64,000 nt of DNA from Callorhinchus milii (taxonomy: Eukaryota): contig NW_024704744.1 of assembly GCF_018977255.1 (NCBI RefSeq), positions 87,854,001 through 87,918,000 on the forward strand. The letters run 5' to 3'. Below, in pieces: positions 37,541-51,060 of this stretch (positions are counted from its first letter, which is position 1; each line of letters begins with the position of its first letter). Position numbers and translations under genes: made by a program. The notes beneath the pieces were generated by a model. The model searched no databases, had not been told where the DNA came from, and saw nothing but the letters and a program-made list of their open reading frames with translations.

Positions 37541-37857
37541 ACAGAAACATTACAGCACAGACATTTTGAGCCTCCACCCCTTCCAATCCCTTCTACCAAA
37601 CCCTTCTATACTCTCTTCCCTCATGAGGTTACCTCTTAAATAAGTTAATGTTTTTTGCTTCCACGTTCTCACCACCATGTATAAAGAATTCTTCCTAAAC
37701 TTCCTTTTAGAATCTGCTAACTGGCTATCTCTTATTTATGCTTCCTTTTTTTTGGCCTTTTGGACAGTGGATACAGCTTATTGACATCCACCTCATCAAA
37801 TCCTTTCATAATTTTAAATACCACTATAAAGTGCCCTCTCAATACTTCTAAAAAAGC
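37541..37857 (-). mobile_element. Decayed CR1 3' fragment
   Basis: CCTTTCATAATTTTAAATACCACTATAAAGTGCCCTCTC is the antisense of CR1 'RG.LI.VFKIMKG'. Confidence 0.65.
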
Positions 37858-40800
37858 ATGATCCCATTAATTATCATTTATGACATACTTTAGCATATAA
37901 ACTGAATGCAACAAACCTTTTGAACACCAGTTTCCACCCTGAAAGCCTCTCCAGAACTGTCCGAATGCGGTTTGGTGCGCAGGCAGGGCATGCATGTTAA
38001 AAGCAAACTCGCACTCCAGCAAGGTACTTGATAGAAGTACTCTAGTTTAATGGAAAACAATATATATGGCTAATGAAACATTTTGGTAATTTTTCAAAAA
38101 AACTTAACAGAAAAAATTGAAGAATTCTTTTATTATTACATCATACCTGAGTTCCTTGGTTTGATTGATATCTTTCTAGGCTAATGAAAAAAGCTTACGT
38201 TGCATCAGAGTGTCACATCCCAATGGTTTAGCATGAGATGAGGGGATAGCTTGCAAGTCAGTTACCTCTTAAACAGGTTACCCAATGTCAAGGTTTGAAC
38301 CAGCAAACCTTGGACTTATTCCTGGAATTAAAGATATGCATTCTTTACTTTGTTTAAAGTTGAATGAATTTAAAACAAATTTGCAGATTGTGTAGTTTTA
38401 AAGTCTGGCACTTACCATTTAACTATGTATCCTCTAGGCCATATAATACTGAAATCCACTGGGTAAGAATCTTAATACAGAATGAATAATTTCTAATAAT
38501 AGCAGAGAGTCGTACACCTTGTGCATGTTATTTGTGTCCCATCTTTATAAATTCTAAAAGAAAGTTGTACATAATTATTGAAAGTACACCAGACATCATT
38601 TAACCGTTCCCCCCAGGCTATGCAATTTAATTAAATCTAGTACACGGAAATTGTAATATTGAATTATTTCCAGTAATTGCAATATTGTACTCTTCTGTCT
38701 TTGAGTTTTTCCCCCAAATCATGTGGGGAAATTATCCATTCTCCTGTTTAATTGTTAGTAAAAGTGGAACATTTACCAGATATTATTAAGAAGGCAGAAC
38801 AAATGTCTTTGAATGACTTGCATGAACCTGTTCAGATCTTTATTCAGTAAAATACTTGGTGCGAGTTAAGTCTTAAAATGTATCAGTTTTCTGTTCATTA
38901 GAATACAGTATTACGATTAAAGCTGCTTTAAAAAAGCAGTTTAAACCTGCCACATACAAATGTTTTTTTTCCTGACTGATGCTTGTTTTCAGGGACTTTA
39001 AAGCTTGATGAAAATGCAGTAATTGAAGTTTGATATTTTGCATCTGTGTTATTCAGAAGCATTTTGTTAATATTCAAAATGATTCAAACTACATAGAGTG
39101 AAAGTGGGTGTAAAACTGAGTAATTATAGCCAAAGCAATATGGAAGTTGGCTGTAAAGTTTTTTTGTCCATTGAACATTTGTGCTACAGGCCCAAAGTGT
39201 CACAGGGATATTTTCTTTTCAACTAGCAAAAACAATCTGAATCTAAGTGAGACTAATGACTAGTTTATAAAATGAAGACTGAATCGTGAGATACTGACAT
39301 ACTGAGTTATGAATCTCACCAGCAATGTTGTGCTGGCGGATAGAATGCTGACTAGCAAAACAGAAAAATTCACTCGCAATTTGCTAGTCAGCTAGCATTA
39401 AATTCAAGCCCTATATTAGGAGTCATTTGACCTGGGGGTTCTGTCATAATAAATAACATGGTATCTTCATGCATTTTTAAAATGATAATGACACTCTGGA
39501 ATTTTGTAGTTTATTCTGTTATGGTGCAGTTTTTATCCAGTGGATTGTTGTAATTCAGTACATTTTCCATCTGTACTTTTACTGAAAATAATTTTGAAGT
39601 AAATGATTTGTGATGAATAGCTTGTCTGCTGCCAGCCAAAAAAGGCTTAAACCCCTATTGATTTCTTCACCTTTTTCACCTTTTGTTTTTTTTTCCAATT
39701 TCAAATACTATTGTACACCACTAATTTGGTTTAAGAAATTGTCATGGATTTTCTTGTCGACCATATCAAAAATTGAAAGGCCAGATCTACATTCCTCTGA
39801 AAGATGCTGAATGTTTTTACACAAGGTGCAACGTTTCTTTGATAACTTTGTATTCTAAATCATATGGTGGCATTTGTGCTTCTATAAATTAGAAATTTCT
39901 TCCAGAAATTAGTAAATATATTGTTCTCAATAAGTCTGTGAAACATTTTTGGTCAAATTGACTGATGTTTATAGCATGCTTCTTCCCAGACACAAGCAAT
40001 TCCCTTCACGAGAGATTGTTATTTTCAATATAAGATTGGAAACTTCAGAGATCACAGTTATACAGAGTGCCTATTGAAATATTTATGCCTGGAAAAAAAG
40101 CACTCTACAAAACAAAAAAAGACTGAAAAGTTAGGTGAGAAGATTCAGGTAATAAAATATTAATTGTTCTTAGGTCTCCAGATCGCAAATAAAAAGGATT
40201 CAAATGTGACATTGCTTTTCACAAGTTGTTTTTCAAGCAATACTCTTGTTTGACTAATCACAGCAAAATTGTACAAATGATTGAATTTAAGTTAAACTAC
40301 ATGTGTTTTACTATTGTCTGGCTTCCACTTCCACTGTGCATTGTGAAGATGCAAATAGATTTTTGCAGTGCATTTGATGGTTTTGTTGCACAACAGTCAT
40401 TTTGCCTTGGGAACAGAATGCAAGTAAAGAGTAGGGTAAGGTCGCCCATGTGGTGGTATTTCAGTGTACTGTGTCATCGAGTGGTTCAGGATAGAAATGT
40501 AGTTCCTCATTTGGTGAATCCCTAATCTTTTAGCTTCGAAATAGAAGTGAAAACATTTCCCGTAGGAATGACTGAAAACATTGGAAGATTAATCAAACTT
40601 GCTCAACTTCACACAAATCTTCAGTGACAATTTTAGAATAATATTGGCAGACGAGTAAGTCTGCTACAATCATTCCCATCCCTTCTGCCGGTAAACCATG
40701 CATAGAATAAGAGGATAGTGAGTGAATTAGTTATGGGAAGAGGAAAAAATGCAGGTTAGAAAAGACTACATTGATAATAAAAATACAGAAAAATAAAAGT

Positions 40801-41269
40801 GATGCAAACGAAAGTTCAAAGGCAAAATCTTACCAAACAAAAGAGTAAAAAATAAAAAACATGAAGTCAAAAGAAAGACAAAATATTAAAAGGAGGTTAT
40901 TATTAATTTCCAGTAAGAAATAATACTTGTATTTGATACAGTACCTTAGTCAAAAATCTCAGTGTTTCACACAATGCGTTGATTTGAAATTTAGTGATAT
41001 GTCGGCAATTGAGAGAGCTGACCTGTTCCAGCAATGTTCCCTGTGTAGATATCTGCATTTAATATTCCCAGTGCACAAGACATTTAAGAGAAGTTGTGAA
41101 TAATAAGTCCATAAATTGTGGAGCTACCAACTAATTGTATAAGAACCTGGTTTAGAATTTGTATTTGTACAGATGACAAGTATAATTGAATTGCAATTGA
41201 GAAATCGGCAATATAAATGCTTCATGATGTTTTGTAAATAACAGTGCAACTGTTTAACCAGGTTTAACC

Positions 41270-41415
41270 AATCCACGATTGTGGGACACTGCTATGCGCA
41301 ATTGATAACTGCATATTGCCCAGAAAATACACTTGTATTCTGTGAAGCACTTTGAGATGCTCAACAGTGTGATAAGGCTCTATATCAAATGCAAGGATTA
41401 TTATCATTGTTATTA
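41270..41415 (+). mobile_element. SINE A 3' part
   Basis: AATCCACGA...GTGGGACACTGCTATGCGCAATTG...CAAATGCAAGGATTATT. Confidence 0.85.
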
Positions 41416-42137
41416 CGCTTTTCTACTTTCTAAATTCATAACAATCTTATATTGTTTGGTATATTCACTAATTTACCATCAATTTCTAATGCCAAATCGT
41501 TCAAGAACATAGCAACACTGTTTTTTATTGTATGCAATTTGAGATTAAATGGAAAAACTTGAAAATATTTTTGTTAGATGCGATGCTGTGTGGTACAGGT
41601 ACTGAAAATTAGAGAAGTGGTTGCTGTGTATTCAAGGATTAAAATCCTGATTACTAGAGTTTGTAGATTTGTTTACCCATTTTATTTTTTGTGCAGGTCA
41701 TCAATGCTTTGGGATGGATTGCATTGGGACAGTTGTGTGGGAAAGAATGCCACTAAAGCCACTGTGCTCAGCTGTTTATAATCTTGAATCTAACTGCAGT
41801 CTTCAATAATGTTTTATCAGATTTTTAAAATGTTTCCTCTGCAGTCAAATTTGTAGGTACTATTATTATTGTTACTATTTCAAGTCAGTGATATTTCCGT
41901 AACCAATATAATCAATATATGGCAACAGTGGCTAATGGAACTATTACTGCTTAAGTAAAAAGAATTGAATTTGGCGGAGAGCAAAGGATTACTTGCAAAA
42001 TGTGCTCATATTTTAAAAGCTGCAAAAGTTATGCAATATTTAATTAGATACGATCTGCATGGAAGGCTTTCTGAAACTTTTTTGAACTGCTGATTGTATT
42101 GAAAGCATTCAAAATAATAGAATGTACTGTAATCTAC

Positions 42138-42385
42138 AATGTTAGAGGAAAGAACTATAAGCATCAATTAGACAAATGAAGCATTCAGCCTTGAAAAGAG
42201 ACATCTCAGAAGAGATATAGAGGTATGTAAATATTAAATGGGAATGAAGAAATAAGCCCAAAACAATACGGTCAGGTATGCCATGGCAGAAGAACAAGAA
42301 GATGCAGATTCAGGGTAGAAAAGGGCAGTTTCAGGACAGGACATCTTCACCTGGAGGAGAATTAATGACTGGATGAGGCCACATT
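42138..42385 (+). mobile_element. Decayed CR1 ORF2 fragment
   Basis: Translates as LRGKNY...FSLEKRHLR, matching CR1 LRGLSYEERL...FSLEKRRLRG. Confidence 0.7.
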
Positions 42386-44533
42386 GACACCACTGCTAAG
42401 CGCTCTGAGATGCTACCACACTGGAGGGTTCTGTATAAGTGCAAGTTGTTGTTGCAGTACTGATTTTAAAACTATTGCGCTCGTTAGAGTGGAATTGTAA
42501 GAAAGTTAATGCTTGGTAGATATTCTCCATATATATCTTCTCTATAGATATAATCGTCTAATGACCAAAAGTTATTAGCCAATTCTAAGAAAGTGTTTTT
42601 GATGAGTTGTCTTCCTTCAGTCACATTTAGTAATGCAAAATAAAGTAATTTTATTTCCAAGGTGTCTTGTTCAAACAAAACTGTAAATCATTTTTCTATT
42701 TCTAAGCTCTCCCTGTATTAATGCTTTTGGCAGCTACAGCTTCAAAGCCGTTGTATTCAATTCTGCAAAATTATTTAAAATTATCTGCAATGTACTGAAG
42801 CCTCATGAATAGTGTATCCTTGATCCTTTACTAGATGAAAACTGAACATCATTTGGAGCCTAAACACCCTTAATTAAATTTTAAGAAGTGAATCAATAAA
42901 ATCTACATTAACTGCAATGCGGAGGTGGGGCACAAATTTAGTTTTTATGCTGCATTTATATTGCAGATACCAAGTGATTTGGAGCTGTTAAACCAGAGTT
43001 ATAGAAGCAGCTCCATATCATTCTTGGATAGGCTGAGTTCAAGCAAAGGAAATCGCTATGCATATGTGTATCCAAACTAACTCTCCAATTATGTTGAAAG
43101 GCTACAATATATTTACTTCTTTTATTTTACAAGTTTTTAACTTTCCATTAGAAAAATATTGCATTTATACGCTGTGTACATTGTGTTGAGAAATTTCTTT
43201 TTACCAGCTTTTGCTTAATGACATAACGGATTCTGAAAGCATCCAGTTAGTAGTAAGATCTTGTCTTTGTCCTTTATCATTTAATTTAGCTTTATCTTAG
43301 ACGTTACTGGACAAAATTGTTTTCAATTGTGTGCACTTGCCGGGGTATTTTTTAAAAACTGACAATACTCATTGTTTATGTTTATGCAGTTGTTTCAGGG
43401 AAGCTTAAGAAATTGCAGTGCATCAAATATACTAATTCTGACAGTGTAGTGGCACAGCAGGTTAGTGTCCTAAAGTACTGTGCCACGAAGTGATAGGACA
43501 CTAGTTTACGGCTGAGATTCTCCATGTGGTCTTAGACACAGCCTTCTGGTAGTAAGCAGGGATGAGAGTTGGAAAGAAAATCAACTTGCATCGCTCATAC
43601 ATTCTCCTCATACAGTTATACACTGCTATTGGCAATACACGGGAACAAATTATTTTCTGTGCAATGGATCGGAGTGGGTTTGAAGTGAAGGACAACAGAT
43701 GTGTTTGTATGTGTGTGTGATAATATACATATAGTCTTCCCACAAACTGATCATTACATCAATGGAACCGTAATTATTTCATGGATCAGTATATATTGGG
43801 GTCCATCATGAGTTTGTTTTAAATTCTGTAGCTTTAAGGAAGTGTGTACGAACGCTAAGTACACTTACAAAAAAAATCATGAAACGTGTTAATATGAATA
43901 CTGTATTTATGCAAAGTATAATCCTGACTCACTCAGTACCTCTTCTCTCATGGGTCCCCTCATTGCTTAAATGTGGTGACCCACAGGACCTAAATAGACT
44001 CCTCAATCAACTACTTTACATACAGTACAGTATTAGGGATGTTGAGTAGCAAATGTTACACTGTACAAACTCATTAAAGACGAGTGCCATTTTAGCGGAG
44101 CTTCTTCTCCAACCTCATCAGTATCTATATAATGTTTAGTGACATCTATTCTGTAGGACATTCTAGCCTGGTAAACACTGTAACCCGTGGCATAAGACTC
44201 ACAATAGGATTTGGAGCCTGACAGTGGAATTTTTAAAGATAATTGTTTTAGACAGTAGCCCAGTAGCATACCAGTTAAGCCTCACAACCCCATGACCCAT
44301 CCCCAAGTTTGAATGCATTTTCAACTGATGCCTAAATCCACTATCCCCACTTATTGAGGAGTTTTTCTTATTGTTAAGATTGGTTTACTTTGTAACAGCA
44401 GATTTTCGCAAATTGGGATTTCAGTACACAGTATTATGCTTTGTTCCTTTTAAAATGTTGCTATCATAGGATTGATGTAAAATAAATGGCCCACTGCCAT
44501 GTTCTGTAGCCAAGAAAGCAGTCAGCCAACAAT

Positions 44534-44599
44534 GCTGTTTGTGGGACTTTGTTGAGTGCAAATTGGTTGCTCTTCAAATGCAAGGATATTGTTATTATT
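44534..44599 (+). mobile_element. Internally deleted SINE 3' fragment
   Basis: GCTGTTTGTGGGAC...AATTGGTTGC joined to TCAAATGCAAGGAT. Confidence 0.6.
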
Positions 44600-44689
44600 T
44601 GTAGAGTTTGGTGGTTATATTGAGCTTGGTTTGGATACTTTTAAGCATAGTGATTGGTTTCTGCAAGCGTCAGACACCTGGCTGACCAA

Positions 44690-44730
44690 ATATATATATA
44701 TATATATATTGAGAGAGAGAGAGAGAGAGA
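44690..44730. repeat. Compound (TA)n(GA)n microsatellite
   Basis: Read directly from the sequence. Confidence 0.95.
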
Positions 44731-44788
44731 GGGGGGTTATAAAGCTTTGCGATGACTATGTCTAGCCAGCACACAACACTAGTGGCAT

Positions 44789-44895
44789 ACACAAATATAT
44801 GGTCAATTCACTTTACAGTATATCCTGTGAAGCGCTTTGAGATGTCTAGAAGACGTGAAAAGCGCTATATCGAATGCAAGGATTATTATTATTAT
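44789..44895 (+). mobile_element. SINE A 3' fragment
   Basis: Matches ~51265-51370. Confidence 0.9.
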
Positions 44896-46249
44896 AACCC
44901 ACTTAATTTCTGATTAATTTCGTTGTTGAGGCACTTTGAGACATTGCTTTAACTGAAAAATACTAGATAAAAGTAAAAGTGCTATAAATGTTAAATGATT
45001 ATAGTGGGTCAGAAATCCAAGAATGATCTAACCTGTGTGAGTTCAAATCGAGGTCCGAGAGGTGAACAGAATTTTTTAGCTACTTTACCCATTGTTCATT
45101 TGAAAACAAAACTAACAACATAGCAGAAAAAAAAGACTTGAGAAGCAAGCAATCAGCCAGTCAGAAGATCAGAGGGTATTGGGATAATCAGGCTGAAGAT
45201 GATGGCATATGTAGATTGAAGCAAGACTGGGTGGACTTGATGGACAAGAATATTAAACTTGATTGTCTAACACAGTGTTTCTCAGCACCTCGTCTTGAGG
45301 GTTGCACTGTTCTGTGATAACCATGCAACATATTTCTTTGAGTAATTTGGCAGGTTTATTACGAATGCCCCATCACATTTTAAGAAGAAACTGACTCAGT
45401 GTCGAATATTTAACACTGCTTAGAGATATTGGGAGCCAATAGAGATTGGCAAGAATTGGGGAGAGGGGAGTAATAGGAGCTTTGTGAGGGAGAGCACAGG
45501 GATTGAATGTTTTTGCTGAACCATGTATTACAAAAGGAATGTTTTATGGTTTTAAAAAAATAAAGGAAAGACAAAAGGAAAGCAGTAACTACTCTCCAGG
45601 ATTATTACATTATAAAGCTTCCACACAATCAGTGGCAAGCACTGATTGCTAGTAATTCAATCGCAACATATTAGTTTAGATAGAAACATTGTTGTTTCAA
45701 AATAGTGTAGCAGATTGATTTTGTGGAATAAAAACTGCTTAGTAAAATAAACTACCTTTTTTCTAGGTTCAATGTAACTGCAACAGTTTCCTCATTCCTT
45801 GTAAATCCAAATGTTTTGTTTGTTGATCGTGAAAATAATTTATGTAGAAATGAATTTATGAGACAAATCTTGATTTACAGGTACAATGATAAATTGATCA
45901 TGAAGATTGATGAGAAAATCATCTTGTACAGTAATGAAAGCAGATAAATGATTCCAGCATGAAAAAACATTTGCTAGGGCCTCGACAATTGATCTCCTTT
46001 GATAAATGTGAAGTTTTGTGGACTTACTCGCAGCAGAAAATCAGTTTCAATTGGAATATAAACAGTGGTTTACTCAGTTAAAGCATTGATTAATTTCATA
46101 TATTCTAACTTAACTGAGTTTCTATACTAATTGATAGTGAGTACTCGTTGCCTGTGAAATATCTTTTTCCCGAAGTGGCCACAGGTTACAAATTCCTGAA
46201 CAACATTGTAATCGCATCAAGAATTGGGTTAAGCTATCATCAGCCTATA

Positions 46250-46430
46250 TGTTTTTAGCTGGTTGAACTCCAGCAGTACCCCAGCACACTCTCTGGGATC
46301 CCCAAGCCCCGGCTCTTGCCACCCTGCACCTAATACTGTGAAATTAAGTAAGCAGGGTGCCTCCCTCCAGGGAGAGAATACGCATTTCTTTCGAGAGGTA
46401 GGGAACTTTCCACATCTTAGTGGCATATAT
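46250..46430 (-). repeat. Family C repeat, copy 3 (inverted relative to the others)
   Basis: TTTTAGCTGGTT...CTCTGG...TCTTGCC...CCTAATACT...GTAAGCAGG is the reverse complement of ~26930-27105. Confidence 0.8.
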
Positions 46431-49400
46431 ATATCGGGTTTGATAACTTAAGCAGGTGAAAGGTGTGTGAGACACGTATGTGACCAAAAACAAATTGGTA
46501 AATCTTATACTTTTTAATTCTAATTTGATGATGCAAATGTCATCTGCTTAGACCAGACCACTATTGCAAACATTTATTTGCCATTTTAGTCTACATTTTT
46601 AGAATTTTTAGCAGTTAGAATCACGAGAGTTGCCAGAACTTCCTGTTGTTCTTCAGTGGTGTAAACTTTTGAAAACTCCTTTGACCTAATAGTAGGGGAG
46701 GTGATTGAATCTCCATGTTATTGTAGCTTGTTGAGAGTTTATTTTTCTCTCTCCTCCCCTCCAGCCCTACCCCTACCAAAAATGGCCTAATCTGGCACAT
46801 CAAAAATAGACAAAAATCTGATCCAAAATTAGACCAGGAAGATTGAGTGATCGTCAGCTCTCTGTCTCAAACAGACGATTAAGAGTCTAACTTTCGATAT
46901 TTCATTTCTTTTATGCATGTAAGTGAATTTGAACTGCAGTATTTTACCTTGTCTTGTTATTTTAAAATATTAGCAGGATGCTTGAAACATCAAGAAATGT
47001 GACTTTGAAATCCATTCATAGGCCTTGAGTGAAACTCAATTATGTTTCTCTCTCTACTTTATGATAAAAAGCAGCCATCAAGCTTCTCTTTCCATCATGT
47101 TGGTATTTATTGTGCCTTATTGTGGCTTAGCTGTAATAGTTAAATCACAAGTCTCTGGATTCCAACTCCCTTACTCCAACATTGAGTATCTTCAGCTTGA
47201 CTTATTGCATAACAATTCTGAAAAAAATCAATAACTCTTGTGTTTGTAAAATATGGAAACCATTTTTCAGTTAATAAGATTTATGGTATTGGAAAGCTCA
47301 TGCTATAATGCTAATTCATTTTGTACACTTTATGTAATTGTATGACTACAAGTGTAGCGTCGTGAAATTGCTGCTTTTCTTTTTAAATTCCCTTGTGTAA
47401 TATATTATTACCCATCGCTCTGTATTGCCCTCAAATAACAATGTTAAACTGGTTCAAAGATACTGACTCTTATGAAATTCATGCTATTTGTTGTTGTTGG
47501 TGCACTAAAACCTTTTTTGGGTGAAAGCAGTTAATGTCAAAAAATGAAATAAACTCAATGTGTTCGACACACCATGCACAAAACCAGTGAATAAAATATT
47601 TGCTTGTTAATATTTGGTTTTGATACTGTCTACCTTTATATTGACATTAATAATCTTATGGGGTAGAATATTTATATACTTTTTTTAAGTAGATGGTAAT
47701 GTTTTGCTATCACCTGCAAATGAAATGAATCATGAATAATGCATTTGAGGAAATAGTTGTTTTCTGAATTAGATTAGAAATAATTTAGACTGGAGAAACA
47801 GTGTGTAAGCCATGGTTGGATAGTAGATAGAAGCAGGATGATAGTTTTTATTACAGTTCAATCTAGCCTTTAGAGCTTTACATGACTGAGACCAATAAAA
47901 CTATTTTGCACACGGAAAAAGCAATTGATCACACTTTTTTATAGTCATTTATGTAAGGTTGGCAGTGCCTCCAATTATATTAATGATATGATGCAATGCT
48001 GCTGTATGTAAGCATGGCAATAAATGTATTTAATATATGTCAGAAATTGCAATTCAGTGATTGTATTTGAAAAAGCAAATCTTAAGACAATTAAAATGTG
48101 AGATAATTGCTTGATTTCTTGGAAAGGGGGAATCTATCTATTCCCTGTACTTTACGGTTTTAAATAGTGTTTAGCTATTGTTTTAACTGGTTTGATTTGC
48201 TTGAATGATTTTGTTTTTGAACATCCCTGATTACCACATTTCATCACATAGGTCAAACTGCTCAATTAGCCAGTTTTCTTCTCTGACCTGGAACGTCGCA
48301 AGTGCAAAGGCACAGAGTGATTTCATATGTAGTTTCTGGTAAATTCATTGTACTAACATTCATGTGGGTTGGCCACTGCCTCTTAAATTCTGTTGCTAGT
48401 GATCCAGTATGGTCTTATAAGTAAACTAAATGCTTACTTCACTCTTGGATGCTACTTGTGTACAGGAAGACTCAATTAAAGTGTAAAACATTATGACACA
48501 CGTTTACAGAACATAGAAAGGCTTGTTATGCTGGTATTCTCATTGGTCATTGGCTAAACTTCTAATTGTGCTTTTGAATTCAATCATTCTATCATAATTG
48601 TTCTTTCAATGAAAAACTTGGGAGAGTTGTCCATGCATTTGATGTTTTTTTTTCCTCCAAGCCCATACAGGCCTATTGGTTCCCGAATGTGTTTTACCTG
48701 TCCAAAAGACCAGCATTGCCATCTAAAGGGGCAATTATGAATACAGTGCAACTCGTAAAATAAATAGTCCAATTATTTTGTATTCCAGAAAGAGCCCAGT
48801 GCAACAATTTTGACCTATCTGTGTAATATTAGTTACCTTTGGCATGTAATCAAACAGCCAGATTGAAATACAGTATGTGTTCTAACCGGAAAATGCAAAG
48901 ATTGTCAGTGTCAAAACGAAAGTCAAAACAAGGTCTTTCCTTGCAATTAAAAATTGGCATTCCTTATTCAATTTGCAACCGCCTACAAAGACCTTGTAGA
49001 ATACATGGTAGTGGTTTGGCTAGTTCTCCTGATTTTTATTTGATTAATGGTGAGAAATCAGCACACATTCTTTAAAAAAGACTTTCTCAATTATCCAGGT
49101 AAGGGAAAGAGAGAGAGAGAGAAATTCTAGAATGTTGTATAATTTGTTAACCATGGCAAGTGAGTAAATAAGATTAATATTGGTTGGAAAACCTAGTCAG
49201 CAGTGTAGACTGAGGAATGCACTTTCCCTCCACACATTTTATACTGTACAACTGAATAAAAACATCATGTCCGCCATGAGATAATGCGATCATGAACCTT
49301 TAACTCGGCATGAAACATGCATAGTCTGCTCATCTTGCAGTCATTGTGTAAAAAAAGGATTAATGTGTTGCAGGAATACAGACAATGACACAGAATGAAA

Positions 49401-50968
49401 ATCTCTTCTGCAGATTAAAAAAGAAAAGATTCCGATCTACACTTGGCTCATAATATAATATTAGTTTAATAATAATAAGGGAGGGATGTGGAGGGAATAA
49501 TAATAATAATAAGTTTGTTTATTTGCCGAGCTGGAAGTTGGGGGGGAAATATTGTCTGCAAAAATAGAATGCGGGTTTCAGACATTCTTGTATATATTTT
49601 ATTAACTTGTGACATTGATTTATCACATCTCATTCATATACCCTATTTTTTTTAAAAAAGATGCACCATCTTGATTTATTGAAATGCATTACAATAGAAG
49701 AAAGTGTTTTAACAAATAAAAGCAGCAGACCCTTCTGTGTTGTTTTGTCTGTGTTAAATAGTTGACTGTTTTTCTCATGGGTGAGTCATGAAACTGAGAA
49801 TAAACAGCAGTTGTAAATTGTTCATTTTTAGTATTACCTAATAATTATCGGAAGGAGTCCACAAAAAATAAATTGTGTTTTTAACATTAGTAGGTTTAGA
49901 AAATAACTTCTATAGTAGGGTAATAATTCCTTTTCAATATATAGGTGCAAAGGTGCTAACTCCTGAAGATTTATAGGTTGGTTCAGAATGGAACATTTTC
50001 AGCAATGGAAAAAATCTGAGTCTGGAACTGAGCTCAGATAGCTTTATTGGGTTTGTTTTTGTGAAAAGAAATTATTTTTCTGAAGTGCACGTTTTTGTCA
50101 CTGAAGCACACAACAGTAGGTAAGGCAAAGAAAGTGAAAAAAACGCATACACTTCAAGTGAATCCTTTCGCTCTGTTTATGTGCTGTTTTTTGGTTGACT
50201 GTGCTAACCTTCTCATTACTAGAATGTATATTCACCTCAGTAGGTGGGATGTAGTCTCTCTGCAGAAGAACACTGTATCTTTGGCTCTGACAGCTCTGCA
50301 TACATCATGGACTCCTCTGAGCAATTTGTTTCCCTTTTCCAGATTAACACTCCTGGGTCTGGCAGTAATGAGAGACTGGTCCACTTCTCCCAGGACCCCC
50401 ATCACCAAGAGTGAGTATAATTTACATCAATGATTCCTCATCATTACCAGTGCCCAGACTTATTTATTATCCCCCTGCTTTGTGAACAATATCCCAGAGA
50501 AGCATGGAACTGTGAATTTTATTTTAGGTCAAAGGTAGTTTATATAAAAGGGTAAAACCTGCTTTTTTTCCAAATGTGTAGCATTTTCGTATTATGTTAT
50601 GGTTTTAAGAGATGAAAAGTACTGAATGATGAATTCAATGCTAAAGGCGTTACAACCATGACTTGACCTTAGAATTCTTAAAAATATTTTCAGTGTAAAT
50701 ATATATGTATGCTTTATCATGATTACACTTCTAGCTAAGAAAACAAAAATATAATGCCACAGATATATAAAGGTCTAATATGCGAAGTTAGATTCACTGC
50801 AAAATGTCAATCTTGAATATGTAGCCTGTTTACTTCTTGGGTTAGGTGTTTTTGTTGCTGTCGTACAAAAAACAGTATGATTTGATCCAATCCACAGGCA
50901 TAACAGATATATGTAATGCCCAATATTAGGGATGAAAAGAAAACCATGTGAATCCTAGTGATTAGCGG

Positions 50969-51015
50969 TTCTAAAGAAGGGTCACATCCAAAATATTAAC
51001 CTGTGTTTCTCTCCA
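50969..51015 (+). mobile_element. Penelope-type pLTR remnant with degenerate minimal hammerhead
   Basis: TTCTAAAGAAGGGTCACATCCAAAATATTAACCTGTGTTTCTCTCCA resembles the remembered shark repeat TCTGAAGAAGGGTC...CGAAACGTTAAC..TGTTTCTCTCCA. Confidence 0.45.
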
Positions 51016-51060
51016 GTGTGATCATCCATTTCTGTGAAGTGTTGAGGCATCTCAACACTT

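Noticed and set aside
50969-51000. Active hammerhead ribozyme
   Set aside because: Core reads CTAAAGA...CAAA instead of CTGANGA...GAAA
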